Below are positions 61,161 to 64,000 of a DNA stretch of 64,000 bases, piece by piece. The translations under genes and the position numbers were made by a program. Numbering within the stretch: position 1 is the first letter of the stretch; each line of letters begins with the position of its first letter. Under the pieces are notes generated by a model. That model was not told where the DNA came from. It did no database searches and saw only the letters and a program-made list of their open reading frames with translations. Source of the stretch: an uncultured Chloroflexia bacterium (lineage in GTDB: Bacteria; Chloroflexota; Limnocylindria; Limnocylindrales; CSP1-4); the NCBI GenBank assembly GCA_963697135.1, contig CAVOMZ010000013.1, positions 180,859 through 244,858 of the forward strand, given 5' to 3'.

Positions 61161-63389
61161 TCACTCGGCCTCGAGGACGAACAGCTGCGACCAGTAGTCG
61201 CCGTGGCTCGCGATCTCGTGGCGATCGACGTCGAACCACAGCCCGATCGCGGCCAGGTCGTCGCCGCCGCGGACCACGCGAGTTGTCCCGCTCGATCGTC
61301 TCGCCCCGGGCCGGCCAGGCCGAGATCCGGTAGCGCAGCCCGGGCTCGAGCCCGCTGAGGCGGAGCCGGCTGGGACCCGGGTTCGGGCCGGGTCAGGACC
61401 CGGTAGAAGCCGACGATCGCCGTGCGCCGATCCTCCGACACGACCAGCCAGCCGGTCTCGTGCCGTCATCGTCGAACGGGCTGCGCAGCCGGACGAACCG
61501 GCCGCGCTGGAGCACCTCGCGGTGGGCCTTGTAGAAGGCGACCTGGTCGGTCACCTCGGATCGCTCCTGCGGCCGACAGGGCGGTCGCATCGAGCTCGTA
61601 GCCGAAGTCGCCGAAGAAGGCCACGGCGGCCCGGGTCGAGAGCGGGGTTCGGCGACCGGTCTGGTGGTTCGGCACGGCGGAGACGTGGGCGCCCATCGAG
61701 CTCAAGCGGGTAGATCATCGAAGCGCCCCACTGGATCCGGAGCCGCTCGACCGCGTCGGTGTCGTCGCTCGTCCAGGCCTGCGGGGCGAAGGCGAGCATC
61801 CCCGGATCGAACCGGCCGCCGCCACTCGCGCAGGACTCGAAGAGGATCTCCGGGAAGGCTGCCGTCAGCCGGCTGTAGAGGTCGTAGACGCCGAGGATGT
61901 AGCGATGGAAGAACTCGCCCTGGCGGTCGGGCGGCAGGCTGGGCGAGGCCGGCTCGGTGATGTTCCGGTTCATGTCCCACTTGACGTAGGTGATCGGCGC
62001 ACTGGACAGGACCAGGGACAGGGCCTCGAACAGGTGGTCGACGATCTCCGGCCGGGACAGGTCGAGGACGTACTGGCTGCGCTGGGCCGTACGCGGCCGA
62101 CCGGCGACCCCGATCGCCCAGTCCGGATGGGCGGCGAACAGCTCGCTCCGCTCGCTGACCATCTCGGGTTCGATCCACAGCCCGAACTGCATTCCGAGGC
62201 TGGTGATCCGGGCGGCCAGCCCATCGAGCCCGTTGGGCAGCTTGCGCCGGTCGACGGTCCAGTCGCCGAGCGAGCTGTCGTCGTCATCCCGGGCGCCGAA
62301 CCAGCCGTCGTCGAGCACGAACAGCTCGATCCCCAGGCCCTGGGCGACCGTGGCGATCTCGACCAGCCGGGTCTCGTCGAAGTTGAAGTAGGTGCCTTCC
62401 CAGTTGTTGATCAGGACGGGCCTCGGCCGATCTCGCCAGGCGCCGCGGGCCAGCCGCTCGCGGTACAGCCGGTGATAGGCGTCGCTCAGGCCGCCCAGGC
62501 CGGTGCCGGACCAGGCCAGGACCGCCTCCGGCGTCGTCGAACGCTTCGCCCGGCTCGAGGACCCAGCCGAAGCCCTCCGGATGGATCCCGATCCGGGCCC
62601 GGGTCGTGCCGTACAGGCCGACCTCGGTCTCGGCCAGGAAATTGCCCGAGTAGACGAGGCTGAGCCCGTAGGCCTCGCCGGACGTCTCGGTCGTCGCTCG
62701 GGCGGCGCAGGATGATCGAACGGGTCGTGCTCGAGGCCGGACGCCCCCCGGAGGCTGCCGGTCGACTGCCGGCCGGGCCCGAGCGGGCGCTCGGTCACGT
62801 GCCGTTCGCGGGCCCAGGCGCCGCTCAGCTGGACCCGCGACCAGTCGTGGTCAGGCAGGTCGAGCGAGGCGCTCATCGCGGTCGTGATCCGGAGCCGGGT
62901 CGAGCCGGCGTTCCGGATCCGGACGCTCCGGGCGACGATCGGCTGGTCGCGGAAGATCGTGTACGACAGGCTGACCTCGACCCCGCTCGGGCGATCGACG
63001 AGGCGGATCTCGACGCTCTTCGCCTCGTCGTCTGATTCGGCGTAGGTCGAGGGCAGGCCGGGGATCGGGGCCTTGCCGGCGAAGACCCGGTAGCCGTCGT
63101 ACTCGAGCCGGAGGACGCTGCTGCCATCGGGCTGCTCGATCACCAGCCCGGGCACCCGGAAGTCGCCGCTGCCCGCGGTCGGCAGCTCGAGCGCGATCGG
63201 ATCGTCGACCCGGTTGTCGAAGCCGGCGAAGCCGGCCCGGCCCAGGTGGCGATAGGACCGGTCGGTGGCAGCGCGGCCGCCGAAGTGGAGCAGGCCGATC
63301 GAGCCGTCTTCGAGGACCCGGACGACATAGCTGATCTGGTCGTTATAGAGGTGGAGCTGGGCGGACTCGGCCAGCCACTCGATGTTCAC
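61161..63389 (-). pseudogene. GH36-family alpha-galactosidase; many frameshifts
   Basis: GTG 63389. ORF 61551-63731 carries LINNWEGTYFNFDE, FVLDDGWFG, YVKWDMNRN and ESCASGGGRFD. The middle (about 62500-62720) and the C-terminal 400 nt hop between ORFs 61466-61705, 61393-61590, 61157-61441 and 61161-61469, ending ...[14 protein letters not shown]. Confidence 0.8.
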
Positions 63390-63399
63390 GCGTCGTGCC

Positions 63400-64000
63400 T
63401 CATTCGATCGCCTCGAGGGTCCACGACCAGATGTAGGTTCCCGGCCCGACGAGGTACTCCGGCAGCGTGTCGGGGCCGCAGCTGGCCGTCCCGAGACCGC
63501 GATGGGCGGCGTCGAAGGTGGACGATCGTCTCGGCCGCCGGCTTCAGCTCGGCGTCGTGGGTCGCGCCGGCCAGGTCGGCCGCCCGGAAGTGGGTCGCCG
63601 ACGCCTGGTTCGGGGCGTCGAAGGTCAGGCGCAGGCCACGTCCAGCCGGGTCCCGCAGCTCGATCCAGCGGACCGTCGGCATGGCCGCCGTTCTCCTGGG
63701 GCCGGACGTAGCGGGTCGCCTGGTCGGTCACGCTGCCGGACCAGCGGCCCAGCAGGCCGCCCCGCTGCCGATCGGGGTACGTCTCGTGCGGGCCCGCTGC
63801 CGAAGTACTCCAGCTGTTCGAGGCCGGCGATCGTCTCGAGGACGGTGCCGATCCGGGCGACGTCGGTCAGCTCGGCAGGCAGGACCGCTTCCTCGTCGAT
63901 CCGGAGCGCGCCCCCGGCGAGCGGGGTCAGGCGCTGCTCGTGGGCGACGGTGATGCCGTCCGCGGCACGATACGTGCTCCTGACAACGGTCGTCCCACCA
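63400..64000 (-). pseudogene. GH2 beta-galactosidase, C-terminal domain only (gene continues right of the window); at least two frameshifts
   Basis: YVRPQENGGHAD / VRWIELRDPAGRGLRLTFDAPNQASATHF...ETIVHL / DAAHRGLGTASCGPDTLPEYLVGPGTYIWSWTLEAIE* is the LacZ small-chain-domain pattern, spread over three frames. TGA at 63400. Confidence 0.7.

Overview
Very GC-rich bacterial chromosomal segment. Gene content, GC3-biased codon usage and -10 boxes sitting 6-7 nt before start codons look Actinomycetota- or Chloroflexota-like, but the phylum cannot be fixed from sequence alone. Left to right: (1) a K+ homeostasis island with two paralogous KdpD-type kinase/KdpE pairs flanking a KimA-like K+ importer, an orphan receiver, two micro-peptides including KdpF, kdpABC, and a stand-alone KdpD N-terminal sensor protein. 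(2) A soluble MgtE-N/CBS protein next to an Nramp-related transporter, then a MOSC protein. (3) A divergent pair of a persulfide-dioxygenase/rhodanese fusion and UDP-sulfoquinovose synthase. (4) A roughly 1.6 kb lower-GC, hairpin-rich, almost non-coding islet. (5) A long minus-strand lipid cluster: accD-accA-(lysine-less BCCP-like)-accC-fabZ-phosphoesterase-fabF-accB-fabH-fabG. Upstream of it lie an ECF sigma/anti-sigma pair, birA and lysC. (6) hom-thrC-thrB, trpS, an AI-2E permease, two CrtI-like flavoproteins and a GcvT-like protein. (7) A cobalamin-riboswitch operon encoding two secreted proteins that resemble the two halves of transcobalamin, plus a dedicated ECF transporter. (8) An aminotransferase, secreted and lipoproteins, a SWIM protein, manC-pmm-cupin, metK, and GH36 and GH2 glycosidases. 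I recognised no rRNA, tRNA, CRISPR, transposase or phage genes. The most conspicuous property is that many well-conserved genes, including essential ones, are interrupted by +/-1 frameshifts. Their density rises steeply toward the right end. I interpret this as most likely assembly indel error, so those loci are typed pseudogene only in the sense of disrupted as assembled. All coordinates come from manual reading; frameshift positions are approximate to a few nt.
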